A program made the position numbers and the translations under genes. Below the pieces are notes generated by a model that saw only the letters and a program-made list of their open reading frames with translations, was not told the DNA's origin and ran no database searches. From NCBI GenBank assembly GCA_016839745.1, contig JAEOTS010000107.1, forward strand, positions 1-46,451: a DNA stretch of 46,451 nucleotides. Reading direction: 5' to 3'. Every line of letters starts with the position of its first letter. Within the stretch, counting starts at the first letter, position 1. This stretch comes from Promethearchaeota archaeon (GTDB taxonomy: Archaea; Asgardarchaeota; Lokiarchaeia; Sigyniarchaeales; SOKP01). Below, in pieces: positions 1 through 9,844 of the stretch.

Positions 1-665
1 ATAATACAAACAAACGCTACAGGTGTAAAGATGAGGGAACCTATTGCAATCGGGATAAGTAAATACACCGCAAATCGATTTCTCCAGATATCCAGGACAT
101 CTCCTAATGTCATTTGATCTTGAATTTGAACTTTCGCATACTTTTTTCTCAAGCTAAAGTATCCTTTCTTTATTTTTCTTCCTATTTTTTTTGCTTCTCT
201 CTTTACGCGATCGATTACTCCCTCGTCTGCAGCTTCTTGAAATTCTTCCTTAATTAAGGGAATTATATATAATGTTAAAATCAAAGAGATAACACCGTAA
301 AGAAAAACTAGAAGATCGATCCAATATTGGATACCCGTAGGAGGTATGGCGGGAGGTAAGCTGGAAACTATACTATAAATCGCGTATCCTATGAGGATCC
401 CTGGGACTATCACTTGAAAAATTACAAGAGCCTGAATTTCTTTTTTACTAAATTTTTCTGTAAAACGATTTAGAATCCACAAAATAACATTTGATACAGT
501 CAATATCAAACCAAACCCGGAAAGGAGCTTCATTGTCCAAAAGAAAATTAAGTAAGTAATGTTCAACGCAACAAATCCAAAGATTAATTCAAGAATCATG
601 AAAATAGTAGTTGCAACTAAACCAATTATATAAAATATATCAAATTTTTTGAGATTTAGATTCAT
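1..665 (-). CDS. Multi-pass membrane protein of unknown function (3' end runs off the window)
   Basis: Not in the ORF track. ATG at 665 opens MNLNLKKFDIFYIIGLVATTIFMILELIFG..., which stays open to base 1 with several hydrophobic segments. It lies directly downstream of hisS on the same strand. Confidence 0.75.
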   Translation of the reverse strand, partial: MNLNLKKFDIFYIIGLVATTIFMILELIFGFVALNITYLIFFWTMKLLSGFGLILTVSNVILWILNRFTEKFSKKEIQALVIFQVIVPGILIGYAIYSIVSSLPPAIPPTGIQYWIDLLVFLYGVISLILTLYIIPLIKEEFQEAADEGVIDRVKREAKKIGRKIKKGYFSLRKKYAKVQIQDQMTLGDVLDIWRNRFAVYLLIPIAIGSLIFTPVAFVCI

Positions 666-705
666 AAATAAAATTAATTACTCTAAATCTTAATAATGTT
701 CGTTT

Positions 706-2067
706 TTAGGATGCTGATTCATCAATTATATCATAAATTTTGTCGATGAGAGAATTAATTTTTATCGTTTCTTGCTGCTCAGTTCTCATGTTTTTTACTG
801 TAACTTCATTTTGTTCCATCTCCTTTGGACCAATGATCAATACAATCAAAATACCAAGTTCATTGGCTTTACTCAATTGATTTTTAAGATTTGTAAAACG
901 ATAATCAATAATGCAAGGAAAGTCTTCAGCTCTAATCATTCTAGCGAGTTTTAACGCGTAATTGGATACATTTTCATTAATTGAGCAAATATAAATAGTA
1001 TCTGTGTAATCTTTCTCCCGAATTTCTTCTGGTATTAAATTATAAGTTTTTAGAAATAAAGAGAACATTAGAACGCCCATTCCAAATCCCGTTCCTGTTA
1101 TTTTTTCATCAGAAAACAGAGATAACAAGTCATCATAGCGCCCTCCACCAAAGATGCTTCTAATATTTTCTTTTCCTGTATCAAAAACTTCATAAACTAT
1201 TCCGGTGTAATAATCCAGTCCGCGCACAACACTAGGAGAGAATGTACAATACTCTGAGATTTTCGCATCTTCAAGAAGTTGGATAAATGATGTTAACTCA
1301 TTATACCCTTTGGAATTGTAAAATTCTTTAGGAATTTCTTCAAATCTGTTTAAAAGATCTTCTAGGCTTTTAGCTTCCTTTAGTTTAAAGATACCTTGAA
1401 TTATTATTTCGTCTTGAAAATTATCAAATATGAATTTCTCATATTCGGAGTCTTCCATTTTATCGGCTTTATCTAAGATTTTATAAATCAAAGGTATTTT
1501 TTCTTTAGGAACTTGCAAGAGTAATTCGCACACAGAATCTATAAAGCGACGATTATTGAAGTAAATTTGAAATTGATCTGATGTAGCACCAAATTCAGAA
1601 AAAATGTCAACGATAATGTTAAATATCTCTAAATCAGCATAGAGATTATCTTCTCCTAAAATATCCATATTAATTTGCTTAAATTCCCTGCGACGACCTT
1701 TTTGAGGGCGTTCGTATCGATAACATGTGGGAACTGAGAACCATCTTATAGGCTTTTTTAGTTCTTGACGCTTTGCTGTGATCATTCGTGCTAATGAAGG
1801 AGTAAGTTCAGGAATTAATATTAATTTTTCTCCTTTTTTCTTCTCAACTATGAAAGATTGTTCATTTACTAATTCATCTGAGGATTTAGCGGCAAAAATC
1901 TCAATGGGTTCTAAACTAGGGCTCTCGAATTCATCATAACTATATAAATCCGCAACATCTCGGATAGTATCAATTATCCAGTTTGTTTCCCGCAAATCCG
2001 AAGGATAGACATCTTCCATTCCTCTTAGTGGTTTGGTTGATAGTTTCTTAGACATAAAATTATTCAC
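706..2067 (-). CDS. hisS: Histidine--tRNA ligase (probable ATG start at 2055)
   Basis: Class II motifs YRYERPQKGRRREFKQ, VVRGLDYYTG, GGGRYDDL and GFGMG; C-terminal anticodon-binding domain. Confidence 0.97.
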   Translation of the reverse strand: MNNFMSKKLSTKPLRGMEDVYPSDLRETNWIIDTIRDVADLYSYDEFESPSLEPIEIFAAKSSDELVNEQSFIVEKKKGEKLILIPELTPSLARMITAKRQELKKPIRWFSVPTCYRYERPQKGRRREFKQINMDILGEDNLYADLEIFNIIVDIFSEFGATSDQFQIYFNNRRFIDSVCELLLQVPKEKIPLIYKILDKADKMEDSEYEKFIFDNFQDEIIIQGIFKLKEAKSLEDLLNRFEEIPKEFYNSKGYNELTSFIQLLEDAKISEYCTFSPSVVRGLDYYTGIVYEVFDTGKENIRSIFGGGRYDDLLSLFSDEKITGTGFGMGVLMFSLFLKTYNLIPEEIREKDYTDTIYICSINENVSNYALKLARMIRAEDFPCIIDYRFTNLKNQLSKANELGILIVLIIGPKEMEQNEVTVKNMRTEQQETIKINSLIDKIYDIIDESAS

Positions 2068-2215
2068 TTAAGTTAGCGCTAGTATTATTTAAAAAAACGA
2101 TCATTTACAAATATCTTTTTCGTTTTTATTGAATTTAGGAAGGTTAATATAGCCTTTGCGTGCTAATTGGATTCAAGATAAATATCTATTAAAACAATTA
2201 TGCGTTAATTTAATT

Positions 2216-2593
2216 ATGCCAGATATTAAAAAGATTAACCCAGGAATCCCCGTTGCTGGACCGTATAGTCCAGGTATCAAAGCTGCTAATTTATTATTTA
2301 TTTCTGGTCAAGGCTCGGCTCAAACCGATGAAGATATTAAAGAACAGACTTTAACCACCCTCAATAAAATTAAAAAGATCATAGAAGCTGGAGGAGGTAA
2401 AGTTTCAAACATCGTTAATACAACAGTATTTTTAAAAAATATTAGCGACTTTACGGAGATGAACGGCGTTTACAAGAAATTCTTTGATAATAACGGCGTT
2501 TCCAAATCTTATCCTTCAAGAGCTACAGTGGAGGTCTCCAATTTGCCTCTTCCAAGCATGCTAGTAGAAATAAGTGCAATTGCTGTGTTATAA
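2216..2593 (+). CDS. ridA: RidA/YjgF/UK114 enamine-imine deaminase
   Basis: GPYS, LFISGQ, FxxMNxVY, YPSRATVEVSNLP (catalytic Arg) and LVEISAIA. The ATG at 2216 gives a typical family length; the ORF track over-extends to 2156. Confidence 0.9.
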   Translation: MPDIKKINPGIPVAGPYSPGIKAANLLFISGQGSAQTDEDIKEQTLTTLNKIKKIIEAGGGKVSNIVNTTVFLKNISDFTEMNGVYKKFFDNNGVSKSYPSRATVEVSNLPLPSMLVEISAIAVL

Positions 2594-2697
2594 ATCAATT
2601 TATATTTTTTTCTTTTTATTTAGCCCTTTTAACAAAATCTAAAAAGCAATTTTCATGTATTAACACTAAATTATTTAGTATGTAGGTTGAAGGAGAT

Positions 2698-3882
2698 TTG
2701 ATTTTAAATTCTAGTTACGATACATTAAAAACTCTAGTAAAAAACAAGAAATTTCCAATGGTTATATGCGATCTTGATGCTTTCAATCAAAATCTAGAAA
2801 GAGTCGGCAAATATCTTAGGAAAACAAAAAAAAGCTTACGACTATGTACGAAATCTGTTAGAGTTCCGGAGTTAGTAAACAAGGTCGAAAAACAAGATTT
2901 TGTAAACGGTATTTTTACGTATAACTCCGCTGAAGCTTTATTTTACGCAGAAAACTATAAAACTGAAGATATATTGTTAGGTTATCCTACTATGTCTAAA
3001 GTTGACGTAGAAGAATTATGTCAAGCGGCAAAAATAGAAGGAGTTAATATTACAGTAATGGTAGATGATATTAAACAGATTGATCTTTTAGATAATATCG
3101 CAGCTAAAAATAACATTGTATTAAGTACATTAATCGAAATTGATGTTGCTGTTAAATTACTAGGAAGAAATGTTGGTGTTTATAGAAGTCCGATTAGAAA
3201 ACCTGAAGTTGTAGTGAATCTCGCGCGTATGATTAGTAAAAAATCTAACTTGAATTTTCGAGGAATTATGGGCTATGAAGCTCAGAACGCTAGCATTGGC
3301 GATGACAAAATGCTATTTCGATTTGCAAAGAGGAGATCACGAAAACATGTAAATAAGTGGCGTCAAAATGTTGTAGAAGCCTTAAGTCTTGCGGGATTTC
3401 AACCTGAAGTTGTAAATGGAGGAGGATCTGGATGTTATCAAGAAACAGCAATTGAGCCATCTATTACAGAAATAGGAATAGGATCGTTACTCTTCAAATC
3501 GCATATTTTCGATACAATTAATTCTTTAAGCGAATATGTACCATCTTTATTTTTTGTTCTTCAAATTGTTAGAAAACCACAAACCAATATTGCAACTGCT
3601 TTTTCAGGAGGATATGTGAGTTCAGGAAGCGCGAGAGCTATGCCTATCTCGGTTATTCCTAAAAGTTTAAAGATATCGAAAGATGAAGGATTTGGAGAAG
3701 TTCAAACACCTTTTATATTTGATCCAAAAGCGATTGAACTGAATCTAGGAGATCCAATCTTCTGTAGGTTCGGTAAAGCAGGGGAACCTCTGGAGCATTT
3801 CAATGAAATCCAAGTTTATAGTAAGGGTGAAATAATCGATAAATATAAAACTTATAGAGGATACGGTAATAGATTTTCTTGA
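2698..3882 (+). CDS. Type III PLP-dependent enzyme (alanine racemase fold; D-serine dehydratase/D-threonine aldolase-like)
   Basis: LRLCTKSVR (PLP lysine), GIMGYEAQ, VNGGGSG, EIGIGS, EGFGEVQTP and KAGE motifs. Confidence 0.8.
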   Translation: MILNSSYDTLKTLVKNKKFPMVICDLDAFNQNLERVGKYLRKTKKSLRLCTKSVRVPELVNKVEKQDFVNGIFTYNSAEALFYAENYKTEDILLGYPTMSKVDVEELCQAAKIEGVNITVMVDDIKQIDLLDNIAAKNNIVLSTLIEIDVAVKLLGRNVGVYRSPIRKPEVVVNLARMISKKSNLNFRGIMGYEAQNASIGDDKMLFRFAKRRSRKHVNKWRQNVVEALSLAGFQPEVVNGGGSGCYQETAIEPSITEIGIGSLLFKSHIFDTINSLSEYVPSLFFVLQIVRKPQTNIATAFSGGYVSSGSARAMPISVIPKSLKISKDEGFGEVQTPFIFDPKAIELNLGDPIFCRFGKAGEPLEHFNEIQVYSKGEIIDKYKTYRGYGNRFS

Positions 3883-3927
3883 AAATTCATATAGAATTTA
3901 AAAAAAAGAAAAAGAATTGAAATTTAT

Positions 3928-5763
3928 TTAATATAGATCCTTAATTACAAAATCTAAATTAAGATCAGCTAAAATTTCTTTGAGAGGATAACCCGTTTCA
4001 GGATTCCAGCCCATATTTTCACAATAGCCCTTATAATCTTCTAGATAATCGACAGTTACAGTTCTATCAGGTATTTTATTTTTAATTATCTCTATGCCTT
4101 CTCGTAGAGTGAAAGCTTGCCGTAATGTCTGAATTCTTTGACCCGTTTTAATCGCTTCGGCGATATCTAAGTCCCATCCTACGACGGCCTTAACTAATTC
4201 TAATAGAGGATATTTCTGAAAAACATAAACAAATTCGCATAGTCCAAGACTATGAGTAAATTGCATTATAGCGGTAAAAAGCTTTTCAGCTTCACTTCTA
4301 TCCTCTCCTAGACGTTTAAATTTTCTTGGTAAAGTTATTCCTTCAAATAATCCATTTGGTTTAATTATCGGTCCCATTATGAAGAAATCTAAACTCGCTG
4401 TCGTGTGTTTACCAGGTGTTGGGTCGAAAGCAAAAGTAGTGCCCATGTTTTTATAATATTTTGGTGAATGCATGCCTAACTCTTGACCCATTGAGTGCAT
4501 AGCGTATTCCGATCCTTTCCCTAATTTTTCTGCTGCTATTTTAGTACCATCTGCTAGCAGATCACCAATCCCTTCACGATTGATAATTTTATTTAGTAAT
4601 GCAATTATTGATTCTGAATTTCCCCAAGTCAGTTCGAGTCCATCAGTATCATCCTTAGAAATTAAGTTTTTTTCATAACATTCCATTGCGAAAGCTATCG
4701 TTGTTCCAGCAGAGATCGTATCTATTCCAGCTCGATTGCATATATCGTTAGCTTTAAAAATCGTCATTAGATCGTCGTTAAGCAATAAATGCCCGAAGCT
4801 GGCACAAGTTTCGTATTCAGGCCTATGAGTCTCTTCTAATTCCAGCTCCGGAACTTTCATAATCGCACCACACCGAACCGAGCATGAGAAGCATCCGTAA
4901 GGTTTCTCTTTATATTTGTCGATTTCATGATCAGAAATTTTTGTTAATCGATCATCTGGAAAATCTTCTTTAGTGCCTCCCCAGTTTTTGCATGGAGTAT
5001 CTCCTACTTTGAATAAAATTTCATTTCCCATTGTAGTTCCAAATGTTTTATACCCTATTATTCCAGTTGCTGTAGTAGTATTAATTCTGTCATTGTAATC
5101 CTTTGTGTGGTGGATAAGAGCATCTTTATCTGAAATTTCAACTTTATTTTCTCCTTTGAGAACAATCGCTTTAAGTTTCTTAGATCCCATAACAGCTCCG
5201 AATCCAGATCTTGCCGCTATTCTAGCTTTATCATTAACAATTCCAGATATTAAACTTATATTTTCACCCGCTTGACCAATACTTGCAATTTGAACGCTTC
5301 CATGCTTTTCTTTAAGTTTATCTTCGGTTTGTACGACATCCAAGCCCCATAAGTCTGAAGCATCTAAAATTTGTTTTTCTTCTCCCAATATTGTTATATA
5401 TTTCGGACTACCAGCCATTCCTTTAATTAAAATGGCATCATATCCACATTTTTTAATTTCTGGACCGAAATACCCTCCACAGTTAGCGTCCCCCCATGTT
5501 TTTGTAAGTGGCGATTTACCCGCAACCATGAATCGACCTGTCAGAGGTGCTACAGTTCCCGTTAATAAACCAGGAAAAAATCCAAATATCGATTCTGGAC
5601 TGAGAGCATCTGTTTTGGCGGGCATGTTTTCATAAATAAGCTTAACTGCAAGACCAAGTCCTCCTATATATTGACGATAAATCTCTTCTGAAAGTTTTTC
5701 TTCTTTAAAAGTTTCATCAGATAGATTTACCCACAAGATTTTACCTAAATATCCCTTTGACAT
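3928..5763 (-). CDS. aor: Tungsten-dependent aldehyde:ferredoxin oxidoreductase family protein
   Basis: GYLGKILWVNLS, KSPLT, AARSGFGAVMGSKKLKAI, CFSCSVRC, PEYET and GIDTIS motifs. Confidence 0.93.
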   Translation of the reverse strand: MSKGYLGKILWVNLSDETFKEEKLSEEIYRQYIGGLGLAVKLIYENMPAKTDALSPESIFGFFPGLLTGTVAPLTGRFMVAGKSPLTKTWGDANCGGYFGPEIKKCGYDAILIKGMAGSPKYITILGEEKQILDASDLWGLDVVQTEDKLKEKHGSVQIASIGQAGENISLISGIVNDKARIAARSGFGAVMGSKKLKAIVLKGENKVEISDKDALIHHTKDYNDRINTTTATGIIGYKTFGTTMGNEILFKVGDTPCKNWGGTKEDFPDDRLTKISDHEIDKYKEKPYGCFSCSVRCGAIMKVPELELEETHRPEYETCASFGHLLLNDDLMTIFKANDICNRAGIDTISAGTTIAFAMECYEKNLISKDDTDGLELTWGNSESIIALLNKIINREGIGDLLADGTKIAAEKLGKGSEYAMHSMGQELGMHSPKYYKNMGTTFAFDPTPGKHTTASLDFFIMGPIIKPNGLFEGITLPRKFKRLGEDRSEAEKLFTAIMQFTHSLGLCEFVYVFQKYPLLELVKAVVGWDLDIAEAIKTGQRIQTLRQAFTLREGIEIIKNKIPDRTVTVDYLEDYKGYCENMGWNPETGYPLKEILADLNLDFVIKDLY

Positions 5764-5885
5764 TTTTGTAATCCCCTAATCTGTAATTTTTAGAAATATG
5801 GATCAAGTGAAATTAATAAATAATTTAAATGTTTAGAAAGTTTAAAAATTCATAATAGAAAAGAGTAAAAAATAGTCGATAACTC

Positions 5886-6176
5886 ATGTTTAAACAATTA
5901 AAGAGCTATATTATAATGAATCCAGATGATAATTGTGCTACCGCTCTGGAAGATATACCAAAACATGCAGAACTACGTGTAAATGAAAATAGCATTATTA
6001 TTTACCAAAAAATCTCCTTAGGTCATAAATTCGCTTTATTAGACATTAACGAAGGTGATTTGGTAATAAAATATGGTCAGTCAATAGGAATTGCAACGGA
6101 AGATATAAAGAAAGGAGAATGGATTCATACTCATAATCTCACAAGTCAGTATCTCATGGAGGTTTTGAAGGAATGA
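5886..6176 (+). CDS. SAF-domain small subunit of a UxaA/SuyA-type dehydratase/lyase
   Basis: DNCATAL...GHKFAL..I..G..VIKYGQSIG.A..DI..GEWIHTHNL; 4-nt overlap with the next gene. Confidence 0.88.
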   Translation: MFKQLKSYIIMNPDDNCATALEDIPKHAELRVNENSIIIYQKISLGHKFALLDINEGDLVIKYGQSIGIATEDIKKGEWIHTHNLTSQYLMEVLKE

Positions 6177-7360
6177 AAGAAGAATTTATGGGATATCAAA
6201 GATCGAATAAAGAAGTAGGAATTAGAAACCATATAGCAATAATTTCATCTGTTGTATGCGTAAATCATGTAGTTCAACAAATCGCTAATAAAGTTAAGGA
6301 TGCTGTGCCTATTACTCATCCTTTAGGATGTGGTCAATTCGGACCTGACTATAGCAACACACTAAATACATTAATTGGTTTAGGAGCGAATCCTAATGTG
6401 TTCGGAACTGTAGTTGTTGGTTTAGGGTGCGAAAATATCAGTAGCAAATTATTAGCTAAAAACATCAAGAAATCAAAAAAACCAGTTGAATTTTTTGATT
6501 TACAAGAAGTTCAAGGAGGATCACCTGCAGCGATAGAAAAAGGAATTATGCTTGGGAATAGACTTTCAGAGGAAGCCAGAGAGTTGAAAAGGGAACCGTT
6601 CGATTACTCTCACATCGTTTTAGGATTAGAATGCGGAGGATCTGATTCAATTTCTGGAATATCCGCAAATCCTGCCTTAGGAATTGTATCTGATAGAATC
6701 GTTAAGTTTGGAGGAACTTCAATTTTACCCGAATTTACAGAATGGATTGGGACTGAACATTTGCTTATTAAAAGAGCTATTGATAAAAGTGTCGCAGAAC
6801 AAATACATGAGGTACTCTCCGGTTTTTTAGAAAATCTGAAAACCTTAGGGATTAAATTTTTTGGAGTACAACCAACTCCTGGAAATATTCGGGGCGGATT
6901 GACAACAATTGAAGAAAAAAGTTTAGGTACCATAGCAAAGGCGGGAAAATCACCTATTCAAGGGTTGATTCAATATACTAATAAACCTAAAGGGAAAGGT
7001 TTGTGGTTGATGATCGAACCAGGTTTGGATGTCGAATCTATGACTGGCTTAGCTGGAGTAGGCGCAAACATTATTGTCATGACGACAGGAAGAGGTAGTC
7101 CTTGTGGGAATCCTTTAGTTCCTGTGATAAAACTATGTGGCAATCTAAAAACTTGCGATTGGATGGCAGAAAACATTGATGTTGATATGAGCCCAATTAT
7201 TAAAGGAGAAAAATCCGTGGAAGAACTTGCAGAAGTTCTATGGTTAAAAATGAAGAGCACATTGAATGGAGAAGAAACTCAAGCAGAAAAATTAGGATTT
7301 AATGACATAGCGATCTGGAGAAATACAGCGTCACCGTTTCAATATATGCACTGTAAGTAA
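6173..7360 (+). CDS. UxaA/GarD/SuyB family large subunit (altronate dehydratase or sulfolactate sulfo-lyase-like)
   Basis: GIRNH, HPLGCGQ, VGLGCE, GLECGGSDSISG, PTPGNIRGGLTTIEEKSLG and TTGRG motifs. Confidence 0.9.
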   Translation: MKEEFMGYQRSNKEVGIRNHIAIISSVVCVNHVVQQIANKVKDAVPITHPLGCGQFGPDYSNTLNTLIGLGANPNVFGTVVVGLGCENISSKLLAKNIKKSKKPVEFFDLQEVQGGSPAAIEKGIMLGNRLSEEARELKREPFDYSHIVLGLECGGSDSISGISANPALGIVSDRIVKFGGTSILPEFTEWIGTEHLLIKRAIDKSVAEQIHEVLSGFLENLKTLGIKFFGVQPTPGNIRGGLTTIEEKSLGTIAKAGKSPIQGLIQYTNKPKGKGLWLMIEPGLDVESMTGLAGVGANIIVMTTGRGSPCGNPLVPVIKLCGNLKTCDWMAENIDVDMSPIIKGEKSVEELAEVLWLKMKSTLNGEETQAEKLGFNDIAIWRNTASPFQYMHCK

Positions 7361-7372
7361 GAACAAGATAAA

Positions 7373-8674
7373 TTATAAAAATGGATTTTTATCTTTAAAG
7401 ATCTTATCTTTATATTCTTCCAGATCTGGGGGCGCTAAACCTTTATCTGTTGCTTCTTTTTTCAATGATTTTAGAATTTCACCACAGTTTATTGAAACAG
7501 GACACCAATGATAACAATTTTCACATCCCGTGCATAGAAATAGCCCACTATTTACAGCAGATTCAATTCCATTATGAATATAATCTCTTATGATTGCAGT
7601 AGCACCTAATCCATACTTGGAAGCGAAAATATTCCCAAACGCTCGAGAGGCAGTACAGGGAAAAATGCAGGATTTACAGCCAAGGCATTTTAGAATATCT
7701 GCGTAAACTAGATTTTCTTTAGCAGCTTTAGTTCGCCAATCGTCAACAAGGATAACAACCACTTCCTTTGCTCCGTACATGCCTTGAACACTTGTTCCTT
7801 GTATATCAGATGTATTTGATGGTCCTGAAATGAGACTTATATAGTTAAAAGAAACATTATTTATCCTAGATTGCAATTGTGTCATTAAAACTGCATCCAA
7901 GATATTAGGCACGATTTTAGTGATGCCACACACAACTATATGCTTTTCAGTTGCTCTTGTGATAAGACTGATATTACCTTCATTTTCTCCTAAGACAATT
8001 GTTCCATCTTCAGCAGAAATTGCATTCGCAGATGTTAGAGAGACTTTTACATCATTGAGTAATTCTTTCCTGAAGGTAGTTCTAAAATACTCGACGATCG
8101 CTTGAGCTTTAGGTTCAAGTTCTACTCCATACACCTCCTTAATTTTATTTGCGATTTCTTCTTCGGTAAAATGAGCTCCCGGACCAACCTGAAAGCTTGG
8201 TAAAGTATAATTAAATAATTGAACAAGAACATCTCCTAAATCGGTTTCTTTTATCTTTATTTGATTCTTTTTCAAAACATCAATAATCCCGATATCTTTA
8301 GCTTCGGTGGATTTTGACTTATATATGATTTTGTTATCAGCTAACTCTTTCATGAAAATCTTTTGAGCTTCTTCATTAGTTTTTGCGTAATGAACAATGA
8401 AGTTCTTTTTACGCATTATATTAATGCATTTTTCAACATAGGATTCCATATGATTAACAAACTCTTCCCGCATTACGATAAATTTATCTTTATTTCGTTC
8501 AACGAATTCTCGACTTGTATCTTCATATAAATACCTTAAATCATGTTGCCTAGTTTTTATCGTACAAGCCATTTTCCAAAACTTTCCAAATTGGTTTTCT
8601 AAAGTTCCTTCTTCTTGGGAAGTTTCGATCTTTTTCTTAACATTTTCATATAATTCTTTTCCCTTATCAACCAT
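7373..8674 (-). CDS. LutB/LldF-like LUD-domain iron-sulfur protein
   Basis: KSKS, ETDLG, ENEGNI and ISGPSNTSDI motifs; two C-terminal CxxCxxCxxxC motifs. Confidence 0.85.
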   Translation of the reverse strand: MVDKGKELYENVKKKIETSQEEGTLENQFGKFWKMACTIKTRQHDLRYLYEDTSREFVERNKDKFIVMREEFVNHMESYVEKCINIMRKKNFIVHYAKTNEEAQKIFMKELADNKIIYKSKSTEAKDIGIIDVLKKNQIKIKETDLGDVLVQLFNYTLPSFQVGPGAHFTEEEIANKIKEVYGVELEPKAQAIVEYFRTTFRKELLNDVKVSLTSANAISAEDGTIVLGENEGNISLITRATEKHIVVCGITKIVPNILDAVLMTQLQSRINNVSFNYISLISGPSNTSDIQGTSVQGMYGAKEVVVILVDDWRTKAAKENLVYADILKCLGCKSCIFPCTASRAFGNIFASKYGLGATAIIRDYIHNGIESAVNSGLFLCTGCENCYHWCPVSINCGEILKSLKKEATDKGLAPPDLEEYKDKIFKDKNPFL

Positions 8675-9407
8675 CTAGTGGATCAACTCCTTCCATAATG
8701 TTTACAATAAAATCTTCAAATTTGACCACTGGTTTTTTTATTTGATGCTCTTTTTTTATCCGTACCAAAGCTGTATAGCAAAATGGGCAGGCCGTTAATA
8801 AAATTTTTCCACGATTCAATTGATCAAAAATGAGTTTTGAATTGTAATCGCTATTTTCCTTAAATATAGAATATACACCCCCTCCAGCACCGCAACAAAT
8901 GCTATTAGTTTTATTATTTTCCATTTCCTTGAGTTCAATATTGTCGATTGAATTAAGAATTTCTCTAGGTTCTTCAATTATAGGTACTACAGCATTTCTT
9001 AAGTGACATGCATCGTGATAACTTACTTTTAGCTTTTTCCCAGAATATTTCAAATCTAATTTTGAAAGATTTTCTGGTTCTACTAAAAATTGAAGAAAGT
9101 GTTTTACTTCAATTTTAAATTCATTTCCTAAGAACTGAGTGTAGTATTTTGTTAAGTAATTATAGCATCCAGCACATGTAGTCACGATCTCGGAAACATT
9201 ATTCATTTTAAACCAATTATTAACAAATTCCACATGTTCCTTTAACTCGATATCGCTTCCAATATGATATGATAAAGCCCCACAACAAGGAGCATCGTTT
9301 AAAACTGTGTAGCTTGGATCGATAGTTTGAATAATTTTAATAGCGTTATCACACGTATTCTTATATTTGGAATTAGACAAGCAACCTAAGAATATTAGTT
9401 TTTTCAT
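8667..9407 (-). CDS. CCG-domain (LutA/GlcF/HdrB-like) Fe-S protein
   Basis: FLGC, CCG, TTCAGC, YHDACHL, CCGAGGG and TACPFC motifs; overlaps the lutB-like start. Confidence 0.88.
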   Translation of the reverse strand: MKKLIFLGCLSNSKYKNTCDNAIKIIQTIDPSYTVLNDAPCCGALSYHIGSDIELKEHVEFVNNWFKMNNVSEIVTTCAGCYNYLTKYYTQFLGNEFKIEVKHFLQFLVEPENLSKLDLKYSGKKLKVSYHDACHLRNAVVPIIEEPREILNSIDNIELKEMENNKTNSICCGAGGGVYSIFKENSDYNSKLIFDQLNRGKILLTACPFCYTALVRIKKEHQIKKPVVKFEDFIVNIMEGVDPLDG

Positions 9408-9545
9408 AGTAAGTATAAAATTTGGTTTTTAAAAAAAATTTGATATTATTTTATTTAAGCTTATATCTACTTATACCTAATATTAAATTGATGGAAATTT
9501 AATACATCTGAAATATTTAATAATTTAGTTGAAAGAAGAAGTGAG

Positions 9546-9827
9546 TTGATTACAATACCAAAATTATTGGAAAATGAAGAGAAGAAATTTTCACTGTTTC
9601 TCAATAACAATCGATGCGGGGGATGCCAAATGTGTATATCTTTATGTCCCACGGGTATTTTAGAACTCAGTGATGAATTGAATATGAGAATTGCTTATAT
9701 CCCTCAAGTTAAAGAAGGTAAAGCTAAGTACTGCACGGGTTGTAGAAGATGCGAATATGGATGCCCCGATTGGTGTATTTATGTTTTAGATGAAGAAGAA
9801 ATTAAAACTAAAAAAGCTAAAACTTAG
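9546..9827 (+). CDS. korD: 2-oxoacid:ferredoxin oxidoreductase delta subunit (2x[4Fe-4S])
   Basis: CGGCQMCISLCP and CTGCRRCEYGCPDWCI; first gene of the OFOR operon. Confidence 0.85.
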   Translation: MITIPKLLENEEKKFSLFLNNNRCGGCQMCISLCPTGILELSDELNMRIAYIPQVKEGKAKYCTGCRRCEYGCPDWCIYVLDEEEIKTKKAKT

Positions 9828-9844
9828 TGTGGTGAAATATTTAA

